A DNA stretch of 42,964 bases, taken from NCBI RefSeq assembly GCF_001194135.2, contig NC_068998.1, positions 10,535,924 to 10,578,887 on the forward strand. The letters are read 5' to 3'. Origin of the DNA: Octopus bimaculoides (taxonomy: Eukaryota). A program made the position numbers and the translations under genes. The stretch's first letter is position 1, and every line of letters starts with the position of its first letter. This document shows positions 24,347-36,905 of the stretch, piece after piece. A model generated the notes under the pieces. It searched no databases, was not told the DNA's origin, and saw nothing but the letters and a program-made list of their open reading frames with translations.

Positions 24347-24679
24347 AAAATTAATCTATATTGGAAGTTTTTAAAGAATGCCGCTGTTTCTTACAGATGT
24401 GTTTCAGCTTTATCAACTTCTTCAGTAGAGCAATGGGAATTCTACTTATGAAGGAAAACTATATTAGTATCAATGGTGTGTTCAATTCAAAGTGAAGTTT
24501 TTCAAAACCAAAACGATGTGTTAGTTTATGAAATTAGATTAATATGAGACGTGAAAAGTTGAAATGAAATAACTTTATTGAGAATAGAATACATAATTCT
24601 TTCGCTCTAAAGACCACTCAGTTCTTCAGAATTATATGATTCTAGATCTCTTCCCTTTTCAGTGGAAAGTTTCGTTTTA

Positions 24680-25085
24680 GGTGCAGGCATGGCTGTGTAG
24701 TTTAAGCAGCTCGCGTTGCAACCACATGGTTTCGGGTTCTGTCCCACTGCGTGGCACCTTGGGCAAGTGTCTTCTTCTATAGCCTCGGGCTGACCAATAT
24801 TTTGGAAGTGAATTTGGTAGATGGAAACTGTATTGAAGCCCATCGCATATATATACATGTGTGTGTGTGTGTGTGCGTGTGTGTCATCGTGTCACATACG
24901 CCCATCACTTGACAGCCGGTGTTGGTGCTTGTTTACGTCACCGTGGCTTGGCAGTTCGGCAAAAAAGACCGATACAGTAAGTACCAGACTTTTAAAAAAA
25001 CGCATAAGTTCTGGGGTCGACAAAAGGTCTTGAAGGCGGTGCCCCAGCATGGCCGTAGTCCAATGACAGAAACAAGTAAAAAAAA
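24680..25085 (+). mobile_element. tRNA-derived CORE-type SINE (OR2-like), full length
   Basis: ggtgcaggcatggctgtgtag...gggttctgtcccactgcgtggcaccttgggcaagtgtc...ggcggtgccccagcatggccgtagtccaatgacagaaacaagtaaa. Confidence 0.85.
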
Positions 25086-25582
25086 TATTACACTTAATTC
25101 ATTTATTTTGGTAACTTTTTTGTTTTGTTGAGGGAATTGGCAATCAGCCTATTTCTATCGCAGACAGATTAATCAAAGCTGGGTTAATTCGACGGTTCTT
25201 CAACTGGTGTATATTAATAATAAACTCCCGCCAAAATATATTAGTGGAATTTTTTTGCATCCCTCACAGACTTTCTTTATTAATTGAGTAGACGGAATAA
25301 TTTGCTACTAAAAAATTCTGCTTTCTTTTCTATGATGTTGGATAAGTTTAAAAAGATGGAAGCCAACTTAATTTTATTAAGTATGGCAATTTGCCCACCT
25401 CTTTTCCACCCTCGCTCTTTTCTCTCCCACCTCATAAGAAACACTAGGTTAACTTTATAAAAAGAAACGATGAAGATTTCTACTAAAAGGGAAATAATCA
25501 TAATCAGTAATTTAACATAGATTATGATTCGAGAAATAAAAGCTGTGAACTGGAAGAATCATTTGAGCATTTAAAAAAAAAT

Positions 25583-26329
25583 GCCTTGCAGTATTTGTTC
25601 CAGTTCATTACGTTCTGCGTTCAAATTACACCGAAGTCGATTTCGCCTTTCTTCCTCTTCGGGGGTCAATAAAATAAGCACCGGAACTTCAGGCCGTCTG
25701 CCTATAGTAGAGAGAATTATCACTTAATAAACAAAGGTATTCATCGAGCAGATTCGTTTGAGCGTCGGAGAAGAAGATTTTAAAGTAATTGTACAGGCAC
25801 TTTACGTTCTGAGTTCAAATCTCGCCGAGGTCAACCTGCATTTCATCATTTTTTTGGAGGGGTGGGGATGGAGGTGATAAAATAATGTACCAGTCGATGG
25901 CTTCAACTATAACTCTCCCCTAAAAATAGTCAGTCTTGAGTCTAAATTCTTTATAATTTTGGTACACGGCCAGCAATTTTTAGGGTGAGCATGTTAACCG
26001 ATTACAGCACTTATTTTATAATGTCACCCCGCGAAAGGTTAAAACGCAAAGCTGACCTCGGCGGAATTTGAACTCAGAATGTAATGAGCCAGAAAAAAAA
26101 CCGGTGATAAGAATTTTTTCTCAGATGCGTTAACGATTCTGCCAGCTCAACACCTTAGTCTTGTGTCTAACCCATTATCTTTTAATAAATAGCAAGGCCA
26201 ATTAGTAGAATCATAAGAGTATTGAAGGAAAGCCTTGAAGTATTTGCTCTCACTCTTTGGGTTCTGAGTTCATATCACGCCAAAGTCAGATTTGCCTTTT
26301 ATCTCCCGGAGTCACTAAATCAAGTACCG
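25583..26329. mobile_element. Cluster of four Meta-type SINE copies (+ 25583-25720, + 25790-25945, - 25947-26156, + 26193-26329)
   Basis: Each copy carries ttctg(a/c)gttca(a/t)at...gagg/gaagtc and gtacc/gcacc motifs; the third is reverse-complemented. Confidence 0.7.
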
Positions 26330-26340
26330 GTATCAACATG

Positions 26341-26594
26341 ATAGGATGAAAGTCTTTCTCGAGTCGTAAAGACTTATAGGACCTGTTTCCTGGTTTCCAT
26401 GGCGTATACATTCCCCACTTGGACGAGATGCCGGTCCATCGCAGGATTACTCATTTTTGCCAGCTGAGCGGACTGGAGCAAGATGAAATGAAGTGTTTTG
26501 CGCAAGAACACAATGCGTCGCCCGGTCCAGGAATTGAAACCACAATTTTAAGATCATGAGTTCAACGCCCCTAACCACTAAACCACGCGCCTCC
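26341..26594 (-). mobile_element. tRNA-derived SINE with CORE-like plus V-domain-like body, full length (degenerate plus-strand copies at ~9001-9157 and ~42432-42520)
   Basis: Minus strand ggaggcgcgtggtttagtggttagggcg (A box)...ggtttcaattcc (B box)...gtgttcttgcgcaaaacactt...cctgcgatggaccggcatctcgtcca (V-domain-like, from memory)...ggaaaccaggaaacagg. Confidence 0.75.
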
Positions 26595-26817
26595 TCCAAT
26601 CGAGTATATACTTTCTTTAAAATGTCTTGCTTTGTCTCTGTGTAAGTAATTATAAGAGCAGTGGGTTGTCAATGTCACAGTTTCATTAAACTTTAGATAC
26701 GAAGTATGCCAATACGTTATGCATTTGATCTCCAATGCGACAGGAAGTCAAAGCATTTAAAAACCAGTTATTCACATACAATCACAGTCCGTCGCTAAAA
26801 CACCTGATAGCAGTAAC

Positions 26818-26860
<43 letters not shown>

Positions 26861-27163
26861 ATTATGTTATCGTTTTTTTTAATAGTGTTTACGTTTGGTG
26901 AGCGCTTCGTTACTGGTGTTTGGGTGTTTTAAGAGTAGTGTTGGTGACTGTATAAGCGAATGTGCTAGCTGCGTGGGTTGCGCTATATTATTGGGTGATA
27001 ATAGCGTTGAATACGAGTTGCGTGAATTGTGTAGGATGTGTTATGGTATTGGCTGTTGATTATGTAATGTTATGAGTTGTGATATTTTTATTGCGCGGTG
27101 GTTATTAAAGAATAGTTCTTGCTCTTTTTTTTTCATTATCGTTTCTTTATTTCATTCTTATTT

Positions 27164-27327
27164 TAAGGCGGCACAGTGGAAGGATCGTTAGCATGCCGGG
27201 CAAAATGTTTAGCTACATTTCGTTCGGCGTTCTGTTCTGAGTTCAAATCCAGCCAAGACCTAGTTTGCTCTTCATCCTTTCCGGGGTCGATATAATAAGT
27301 ACCAGTTGAGCACTGGGGTCGATCGAC
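27164..27327 (+). mobile_element. Meta-type SINE, 3'-truncated
   Basis: taaggcggcacagtggaaggatcgttagcatgccggg...gagttcaaatcc...ggggtcgatataataagtaccagttgagcactggggtcgat. Confidence 0.8.
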
Positions 27328-27356
27328 ACATATACAGATATTCACTCAATGACATT

Positions 27357-27387
<31 letters not shown>

Positions 27388-28210
27388 TCACTCACTCACT
27401 CATTCATTCACTCGTTCTCTCCCCACCTCTCTCTCTCTCCTTCAAACACACATACACGCAGCAAATAAATAATTGATGAATTGTGTAAATTGATAAACAA
27501 TTAACACAAAGTCTGCAATCTTATTTTGAGAGCGGGGAGAGAGAGAGAGAGAGGGGAGGATCTAAATTTTGTTATTTTTAACAGCAGCAGCAGCAGCAGT
27601 AGCAGCAGCAATGGCGGTTGTAGGTGATGCTGTTGATCACGTAGTTATTACTATTTTCACGTTGTTGTTGATTTGTTGATTTTGATTGTATTATTGTTGT
27701 TGCAGTTATTCATGTCGCTGATGTTAGTGTAGTTGTTGTTGCTGATGTTGTTATCGATATATTTGTTGAATATGTTGATTTTATTTTTCAAAACCTTAGG
27801 TCAAACCGGATATACCTGACTTATAATTAAAGTTATTCCAGGCATGACCATCCCATCATTTTTGGGGGTTTCAAGAACTACTTAAAACAAATACATCTGT
27901 CCCCTTCTCAGAGTCGTCTGAGTGCGATCTGAGGGAGAGTCGGCTGCTTTTTCTAGTATTTAGATCGACCACATACAAGATGCCTTTATTTCTATTCTGA
28001 TGTTGTTGTTGTCGTGGTTGGTGGTGGTTGTGGTGGTGGTGGTGGTGGTGGTGGTGGCGGTGGCGGTAGTGGTGGTGGTGGTTGTAGAGGTGCTGGTGGT
28101 GTTCATCCCAGCTCAGCTCTGACAGAATAAAACTCAAAAAGCCGTCTTATTTTTAGAGTATCTGTATGTATGTATGTATGTATGTATGTATGTATGTTTG
28201 TTTGTTTGTT

Positions 28211-28478
28211 CTCTCCTACGATTAACTTTTTGAAGTCTTCCTCTAAGGAAGGCGCAGGTTTCTAACAAAGATGCAATGCTCCATCATTAGAATGTAAATA
28301 ACAAAATCAAATTCACATTTTGAAAATGAGATAAGTCTTGCATGTTTTTACAGTCTGGCTAACGGATTGTATTTGTAATGTGCGTGTTTGCTGGTTGATT
28401 TCTTTTTCCGAAAACCCCAGCTTAACCAGATTGTCACTTAAGCATTTCCTCACAAAGCAAAGTACACGATTTATGGTA
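28211..28478 (-). mobile_element. 3' end of an RLE-type non-LTR retrotransposon (R4/Dong-like), second diverged copy
   Basis: RVLCFVRKCLSDNLVKLGFSEKEINQQTRTLQIQSVSQTVKTCKTYLIFKM* (stop 28313-28315) aligns by eye with the 16410-16210 peptide (CL..NL.K.GFS; R.LQIQ; TVK.CK). (ATGT)n flanks both sides. Confidence 0.65.
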
Positions 28479-28721
28479 TGCATGTATGTATGTATGTATG
28501 TATGTATGTATGTATGTGTGTATGTATGTGTGTATGTATGTATGTATGCATTAGAAAATTGCTGTTGTTTAAGCACATGTCAAGTTTATACAGTGTGTCA
28601 TGTAACTCGTGTTTGTAGAATTGAGCTTGTGAGTGTGTGTATGCGCTATGTATATATATGTGGTGTATAAAGACAGATAAATACATACATACATATAATT
28701 ATCATATAATATATATTCACA

Positions 28722-28765
<44 letters not shown>

Positions 28766-29699
28766 GATAGCTGCGTATATTGGATTTACTGATAATTTTG
28801 TTATAAGACGTAATCTGTTTCAGCTATCAAGGATGCTCTTCAGAGAAAAATCTATAAGAACTGCGTTGTTAATAGTCGAAATAACTGCACTTAGTCTTAT
28901 ACCCGGAATAAATAAACGTTTTATCCTGTAGGTATCACACTAATAAGAATGATAGAATCTCAACAGCTTGAATTTGTATCCTTTCGAGCCAATGACAAGC
29001 ATTTATTTTAAAACAATATTGGTGTTGGAGTGGCTGTGTGGAAAGAAGCTTACTTCCCAACCTCATTGTTCCAGGTTCAGTCCTACTGTGTGGCACGTTA
29101 CGCTGAGGACGGATAACAACCAGAAACCTAGGTCAGTAAGTATCAAGTAAGGCTAGAGATGAGAGCGGTGACTTCCCTTGCAAATGCTATACGGACACAA
29201 ACTGTGTGCCAATAGGCAGCTGGAAAAGATGTTTTCCTGGGATTAAAACAACAGTAACATCGTCCTTCATAGGATTGCCACATTCTGTTGGCGTATAAAC
29301 ACTACTATCTGGTGCTGTTACTGTATATCTCTCGCTTTATATATATATATATATATAAGATAGTATGTTAGCGATAGTAAATATGTGCATGTTTGTGCGC
29401 CCGAGTGTATGTATGTATATGTTTACATATGCACATATACATGTACACACACACTCACACACATACATCTATGAATAAGTATATATATGCACATATGCAT
29501 AGACTCATTTTATTCAAGAACTTTTCTCTATGCCTATTTGCACGCGTGCGCGCGCGTGTGTGTGTATGCATACATATATCTATATACATGTATGCATGTA
29601 TATATGTATATATNNNNNNNNNNNNNNNNNNNNNNNNNNNNNNNNNNNNNNNNNNNNNNNNNNNNNNNNNNNNNNNNNNNNNNNNNNNNNNNNNNNNNN

Positions 29700-29736
<37 letters not shown>

Positions 29737-30464
29737 AGTATACACACACACACACTATCTGTACAGTCCAGTTAGTCTATTAAATCTAATACAATATAGA
29801 CAGATGTTTTCCCTCGCGCCCGATTTCATTTCCTTCTCCAATTTTCGAATAATAATTGACGTTTTTTCACGAAGATCCTAGTTATTTCCTTCATTATTAT
29901 TTTAATATATTCTTTTATTCCTTGCATCATTTCTATTTTGTATTACATCGTTGCCGGTCTTCTGTTCTTCTATTTTCCACATTTTATATATTTCATCCGT
30001 TCCTTGTCTTTTCAATTACTTTCTCACTTTTTACCTTCCTTCTTTCTTTCATTCTTTTTTCTTTCTTTATTCCACCCCACCCCCTGCTTTTTCCTTCACC
30101 TTTCTTCTCTTTGCTTTACTTTCTTCTTGTTTTCTTTCTTCACTTTCTTCCAGTTCTTTTACCCTTTTTCTTTATTCCCTTCCTTCGTTCCTTTATCTTT
30201 CACTTCAAATTTTTCTTTGCACCTTTCGTCTTTTTCGTCTTGTTTATTATTTACGCTTCGTCCATTTTCCTCCTCCATATTTTCTCCTTTCTGTTACTTT
30301 TCCTTCACCCACATCCTTCAATTAACTATTCTTTAGCTCCTTAATGATTTTAATTCACTCTTCTTCTTTCTTCACATCCCATTCTCTCTCTCTTTCTCTG
30401 TCTGTCTGTCTCTGTCTGTCTGTCTCTGTCTCTGTCTGTCTGTCTCTGTCTGTCTGTCTCTGTC

Positions 30465-30540
<76 letters not shown>

Positions 30541-31182
30541 AGTATAAGTAGAGGTAGAATCCACAAATAAAGTACTCCTCCAGAGTGAGAGATAAATATT
30601 CAATTTAATACGCAACCAAAGGAGCTACTAATAGTTTCATGCTTTTATGATACTTTAGCTAGGTATGTTTATAAAATACTCCACGCAATCTTTCAGGATC
30701 CGTTTATGTAATATATATTTTTTAATAAACAAGGACGCTGGACAGTGAGAAAATAAGGAAATACGTGAAAAAAATATTGGAAAGAACAAGGAGAAGGCTG
30801 ATGCCAAAAAGTGGATCGAGAAAAAAGAAACGAAATCAAGAAACTTATGATCTTTGTCCTCTCTGACTGCAGAAACTACAATTGATACAACTGGTATAGA
30901 ACAAAATAACAGAAAATATGTCAAAGGCTGCAAGACAGCAACTCAGTTCGGAGCGGGTGATGTCCTTCAATCCAGCAATAGAAACTTGTCCATGTGTTTA
31001 CACCTGATAAAAATTTCAGATCTGGAGTTAAGTAGTGTGCTGGAATTGTTGGATTTAAGAATATGAGATCTTTCTGCTACGCATTAGTTGCACTTCTTAA
31101 ATCCGTTTATATTAGGCTTCGGTTTCTCTACGATTCTCCACTTGATTGCATGTGGTGTGGCGCAGGGCTTCAAACTCCAAAC

Positions 31183-31235
31183 GTGGCTAGCCAACTAAGT
31201 GGCTAGCCAACTAAGTGGCTAGCCAACTAAGTGGC
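31183..31235. repeat. Perfect 16-bp tandem repeat (GTGGCTAGCCAACTAA)x3.3
   Basis: Read directly; each unit contains the 10-bp palindrome TGGCTAGCCA. Confidence 0.95.
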
Positions 31236-32646
31236 AATGCTTTTGTGGGTGTAGCGGAAACAAGACAGGTGGTTTGCATAATGTATTTTGAATTCACATT
31301 CACATAACCCGATGTAATTCTTCTTTTCAATTGATTTATCTTGAAGCGTCGCTGTTACTTCTGTTTTGTATATGACAGAGTTTATCATACACGCCTGATG
31401 ATCACACTGGCATGAAACTCGAGTCCTAAGACAAACACTCATTTTCAGGTTTAATAAAAAATTATATTCTCTTCAACATGAATTGAGCACTCCTCTTTCG
31501 TTCGTTTGATATTAATAACGTACGTGTATCTGCGTGTATGTGTGTGTGTGAGTGTGTGTGTCTTTGTATGTATGCATGTATGNNNNNNNNNNNNNNNNNN
31601 NNNNNNNNNNNNNNNNNNNNNNNNNNNNNNNNNNNNNNNNNNNNNNNNNNNNNNNNNNNNNNNNNNNNNNNNNNNNNNNNNNNNNNNNNNNNNNNNNNNN
31701 NNNNNNNNNNNNNNNNNNNNNNNNNNNNNNNNNNNNNNNNNNNNNNNNNNNNNNNNNNNNNNNNNNNNNNNNNNNNNNNNNNNNNNNNNNNNNNNNNNNN
31801 NNNNNNNNNNNNNNNNNNNNNNNNNNNNNNNNNNNNNNNNNNNNNNNNNNNNNNNNNNNNNNNNNNNNNNNNNNNNNNNNNNNNNNNNNNNNNNNNNNNN
31901 NNNNNNATATATATATATATATATATATACATACATACATACGCATATGTGTAAGTATGAGTGTGTGTGTAAACATATATATAGTCCTGAACAATATATA
32001 TAAAGTACTGAACATTATATAATTTACAACTTGTCCCTTATATGAGTGGGTACATGTATATGTATGTATATATGCACGTACACACACACATATTTATTTA
32101 TATATATTTATTTAAACATATATACCTCATACACATGCAAACACACACACATACATACATACATACATACATACATACATGCATACATACATATATATAC
32201 ACATCTATACTAAAGGATTTTGTGAAGTGCTTGTTGTTTCGACCACTTCACAATTTGGTAACTCCACTCAACTCGCGCTTCCTTACAGCGACAGAACACC
32301 ATTGAAATGTCGCTGTTGCAATCGTGATAGTTGCGTTTTTATTATTGTTGGTGTTGTTGTTGGTGATGGTGATGATGATGATGATGATGATGAAATTCCT
32401 TTTATTGTTACGGTTTTTTTAGTTTGTTGTTGTCATTGTAAAAGATCTTATGTTTTTATAAATACGGAATGATACATAAAATCGATTTATTTCGCCAAGG
32501 ATTCACAAACCAAATAGATTGTATTTTTAGCGATAGGGAAAAGCGCTATGTCACATTCCTACATTATCGTTTTCGACCAAGAATCGTAGACTGCAACGCG
32601 GTTTCGATTCATGTGATTACATTTTCCTGTCTATATGTTGTATTTT

Positions 32647-32795
32647 GTAAGAAGCTTGCTTCCCAACCACATGGTTCCGGGTTCAGTCCCCTGCGTGGCA
32701 CCTTGGGCAAGTGTCTTCTGCTATAGCCAAGGGCTGATCAAAGCCTTGTGAGTGAAAATGGTAGACAGAAACTGAAAGAAGTCCGTCGTATATAC
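32647..32795 (+). mobile_element. CORE-type SINE, head plus CORE, truncated at (TA)n next to the gap
   Basis: gtaagaagcttgcttcccaaccacatggttccgggttcagtcccctgcgtggcaccttgggcaagtgtc...gaaactgaaagaagtccgtcgta. Confidence 0.85.
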
Positions 32796-33588
32796 ATATA
32801 TATATATATATATTTGCTTTGCAAGATTTTTGATATATATATATATATATATATANNNNNNNNNNNNNNNNNNNNNNNNNNNNNNNNNNNNNNNNNNNNN
32901 NNNNNNNNNNNNNNNNNNNNNNNNNNNNNNNNNNNNNNNNNNNNNNNNNNNNNNNNNNNNNNNNNNNNNNNNNNNNNNNNNNNNNNNNNNNNNNNNNNNN
33001 NNNNNNNNNNNNNNNNNNNNNNNNNNNNNNNNNNNNNNNNNNNNNNNNNNNNNNNNNNNNNNNNNNNNNNNNNNNNNNNNNNNNNNNNNNNNNNNNNNNN
33101 NNNNNNNNNNNNNNNNNNNNNNNNNNNNNNNNNNNNNNNNNNNNNNNNNNNNNNNNNNNNNNNNNNNNNNNNNNNNNNNNNNNNNNNNNNNNNNNNNNNN
33201 NNNNNNNNNNNNNNNNNNNNNNNNNNNNNNNNNNNNNNNNNNNNNNNNNNNNNNNNNNNNNNNNNNNNNNNNNNNNNNNNNNNNNNNNNNNNNNNNNNNN
33301 NNNNNNNNNNNNNNNNNNNNNNNNNNNNNNNNNNAAAAAAAAAAAAAAAAAAAAGATAAATAATGTAATAAACTAAAATATGGTGGACCAGACGAAAGAC
33401 CTAAGTCTGTGTGAAATAAAACGAATGGTGATGAAATCGAATATTTATATTAAAACCTATAGAAACCATTGCAGACACAGCCGTCAGCCATAATCTGACA
33501 CCTACTTGAAGCATGGAAACAGTAGAGCTCTTTTGAGCACTAAACAATATATTTCCTTTTAACTTCACAGCGGTATTTAAATACTTAC

Positions 33589-33757
33589 GCGTTTACAATC
33601 ATATATTCGACAGACTGTAATGAGTGTGTGGAAAAACCACTACCAAAAGGTCGGTGGTTCGTTTCTTGTCACTGGCATTGTGTGTTGTGCATGTGACCAC
33701 AGAAAGAAAATTAGCTATTAACGGACCACCGAAGGACCCTCTCGATATAACAGCCAA
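33589..33757 (-). other. Candidate non-coding (5'UTR) internal exon, possibly of the neuropeptide gene
   Basis: On the minus strand a ~35-nt polypyrimidine tract plus catggcag| precedes 169 nt of apparently non-repetitive sequence that ends in CGC|gtaagtat. All three frames contain stops. Linkage to the gene is not shown. Confidence 0.35.
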
Positions 33758-34757
33758 CTGCCATGAAAAAAAAAAGAAAAAAGAAAGAGAAATAAAGAAG
33801 GAAATGACGCATTGGAAAATTTAGTTGTAGATACACTATGTCCAGTGTCGTTGCAAGAGAGTATGCTGCTCGGGGTAGCCTTTGAATCTGTCGCTCTCCT
33901 GGTTCTCTGGCGACTTTATACAGGGTTATACAATGAATCCAAAAGCATCGCCTAGTGTGAACTCCCCCTTTGTGTTCCCTCCTTCCCCACACCGGTACGC
34001 TACTATGCAAAAATAAACTGGATGGTCACAGTTAGAACACCATTGATAATAGGTCTGTAAAAGCGGAAGGCTGAAAATCTGGATGGTCATAATTGATTAG
34101 AATGATATTGATCAGAGGAAAGACAGAAAAAAAAAATGGATAGTCACAGTTGGAACTCTTTTGACCATAAGTGTATTCTGTCAGAACAAACTTCCGCAAG
34201 CAACATACATTAACCATTTAATGGGCGAGTCCACCGACTGGTAATTAGGTAATGCAAGGTTGAACACAGTTTTACTCTGTAGGCACTGAAAAAATTTCTA
34301 GTTTATCATCAGCTGACTGCTGAAACGTGTCTGTAATAGGCGAGCCAATTAGAGATCTTCTAGTTAAGAGGGGGTTGCAGAGGAAATCTTAGCCCCCTAC
34401 CTTCACATTTAAACCTGAAACCGCTTGCTGATGGTGTCTTGAGAAACTCAAATAAAATTTGAAAATAGTGGTTAAGAACTTAAGATATAAACAGTAATTT
34501 AATAAAATGACATGTTATTACCAGTTCAAATTTGCTTGTGGCACGTTCGAACTCGTAAACAAACAATTCACCGTGTTTTGTCATGGAGAAAATTACTCGC
34601 TGTAGACAAATGGTGTAATTTAATAATAGCTGAAGTAGTAAAATAAAGACTTCACTATTTTTTCTTTTCAGAGACGTGTCTTAATGTGTACTAATGCACA
34701 TGCAATTCAACCCTGGTCGTAAAAAATCCCCCTCTTTACTCTAAGCGGTTACTTGAC

Positions 34758-34965
34758 AATTTAATCGACTGCCCCCCCACCCCCCAAAAAAAATTTCAGG
34801 CCTTGTGCCTAGAGTAGAAAAGATTATATCATTGTTTCGGAAGCGGCGAGCTGGCAGAAACGTTAGCATGCCGGGTGAAATACTTAGCGGTATTTCGTCT
34901 ATCTTTACGCTCTGATTTCAAATTCCGCTGCGGTCGACTTTGCCTTCCATTCTTTCGGGGTCGAT
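34758..34965 (+). mobile_element. Meta-type SINE 3' end followed by a second copy (head plus Meta domain); another 3' end at 21171-21247, another copy at ~41340-41450
   Basis: aatcgactgccccc...aatttcaggccttgtgcctagagtagaaaag, then gcggcgagctggcagaaacgttagcatgccggg...tttcggggtcgat. Confidence 0.8.
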
Positions 34966-35695
34966 GTAAAAGACTTACCCGCTTCTCTGAATTTGCTGTC
35001 TTTGTGCCAATAATTGGAGAAATGTATCTATCTATCTATCTATCTATCACACACACACACACACACATATATATGAGAGTAAATCTAAGTTTTAATAATA
35101 AACTAAATTAAGTATATCTGGCAAATATAAATAAATGCCTTTTTACAATCTCTTCGAGGCCGGAAAAGAGGGGGAACAGTCTAATTGGTTTTAATCCTTA
35201 CTAGGAGCTCGTCAGAAAACTAGAAACTACCAGCAGCTGTTCACGAAGACATAAGAGGCCACTAAATCGAAGAAACTAATTTGCATAAATGACGCCTTGC
35301 TTGTAGCTAGTTCAATTACTTAATTAAATATTGAGATTATATAAAGACAGATGTTTACAATTGTCCAGTGTGTGTAATTTAGTTTAATTACACGGGACGT
35401 ATCGTCTAAAATCTTAGATTTACTCTAAGGTGTAATTATAGCATCAGACAGACACTATTTAACGAGTCAATAATTAGTTGATTGACACTTATGTATGGGT
35501 GTGTGAGCATATGTGTGTGTGAGTGTTTATATGTGTATGGTGCACGTGTGTGTATGTGTGTGTGTGTATGTGTGTGTGTGTATGTATTTATATACACATA
35601 CATATACATATATGTATATATATATATATGTATATACATACATACATACAAAATAATATATTTATATGTATATACATACATATACATACATACAA

Positions 35696-35735
<40 letters not shown>

Positions 35736-35745
35736 NNNNNNNNNN

Positions 35746-35791
<46 letters not shown>

Positions 35792-36164
35792 TAGATCATA
35801 CTTTTATATTTGGTGTGTATGTATGTATGTATGTATTTATAAATATATGCGTATGTAGCGATAATTCATTTTGTACGCGAATGACATAATGATGAATGCG
35901 TGGGACATATATTCAGAGATAAAAAGGGAGATTAGAGGAAGTAATTGATGAAGGGGAGGTGAGAGAAGAAGAATCTAGAGAGATAGCGAGAAAGAGAGAT
36001 AGCGAGAAAGAGAGATGGAGAATAAGAGAGTGCGAGATAGAAAGGAGAATGAGAGAGAGGAAGAAAGAGAGAGAGATGGAAAGAGAGGGTGATAAGAGAT
36101 GGAAAGATAGCGGCAGTGATTGGAGGGAAAAAGACGGTGATTAGGAAGATAGATCGGAAGCTAG

Positions 36165-36246
<82 letters not shown>

Positions 36247-36599
36247 GGGGGAGTGGGTGAGAGAGAGAGAGCGTGACATTCAATTAGAATGCGCAAGAAA
36301 CATCATATAATGCGTTGTCGATTCTCTTAAGCTTATTTTAGCTTTTCTCTTTTTGTTTCAGTGTGACTGTCATTAAGGTGAACATATGAGACTGTGACTT
36401 GTGCATACCCTGCTTGTAAGTCGTGTTCCTCACTTTGTAATACGAAACACGGGTAGTTTGATGTTGTTTTTCTTTTTTATGAACGACTGGTTAACCAACA
36501 CAGTACTTGCCAAAGGGGAATAGTTAACAATATGTAATCAAATGCTGCTTCGCATTTAATCTGACCCTCAACGTCTTCTGCTACAACTGTCTGTCTTTC

Positions 36600-36905
36600 A
36601 ACAAATGTGAATAATAAAACTAGATGGTCATCTTGGCTGGAACCCCTTTGATCAAAGGTCGGCTCTATCAAAGCTGGTCTAGGACTAACGAAAGAGTTTT
36701 CTACGTGGTCACTTGACTTACTAGAAATAATAACTAAATCTCTCTCACAGCACTTCCTATCATCTTCAATACAGAAAGAACACATTAGATAATATAATCC
36801 TAGATATATACATAAAAAGTCCGGATCATCACAGCTGGAGCATTTTCGATTCCAGGTTTGCTCTGTAAGATTTGATTTGGGACTAACCAACATGAACAAC
36901 ATCAT
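36600..36905 (+). repeat. Unclassified interspersed repeat, (CAA)n-tailed retroposon-like (other copies ~7445-7530 +, 21255-21530 +, 27790-27885 -, 34010-34180 +, 40545-40680 -)
   Basis: Copies share ctagaaata(a/g)(t/c)a(a/g)c(t/c)aaatc(t/g)c(t/c)(c/t)tc and ggatggtca...(c/t)tggaa...ctttga(t/c)ca motifs and end in caacaac runs. Confidence 0.6.

Noticed and set aside
28805-28850. CUGAAGA...GAAAC hammerhead-like core on the minus strand (a similar weak case at ~18115-18150)
   Set aside because: Stem I cannot pair and stem II is out of register; at most a decayed remnant.
29856-30344. Phe/Leu/Ser-rich ORFs resembling membrane proteins
   Set aside because: Translation of a low-complexity pyrimidine-rich tract that is open in several frames.
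31183-31235. CRISPR-like array (also considered for the 16-bp units at 8143-8238)
   Set aside because: The repeats are contiguous with no spacers, there are no cas genes, and the context is eukaryotic.
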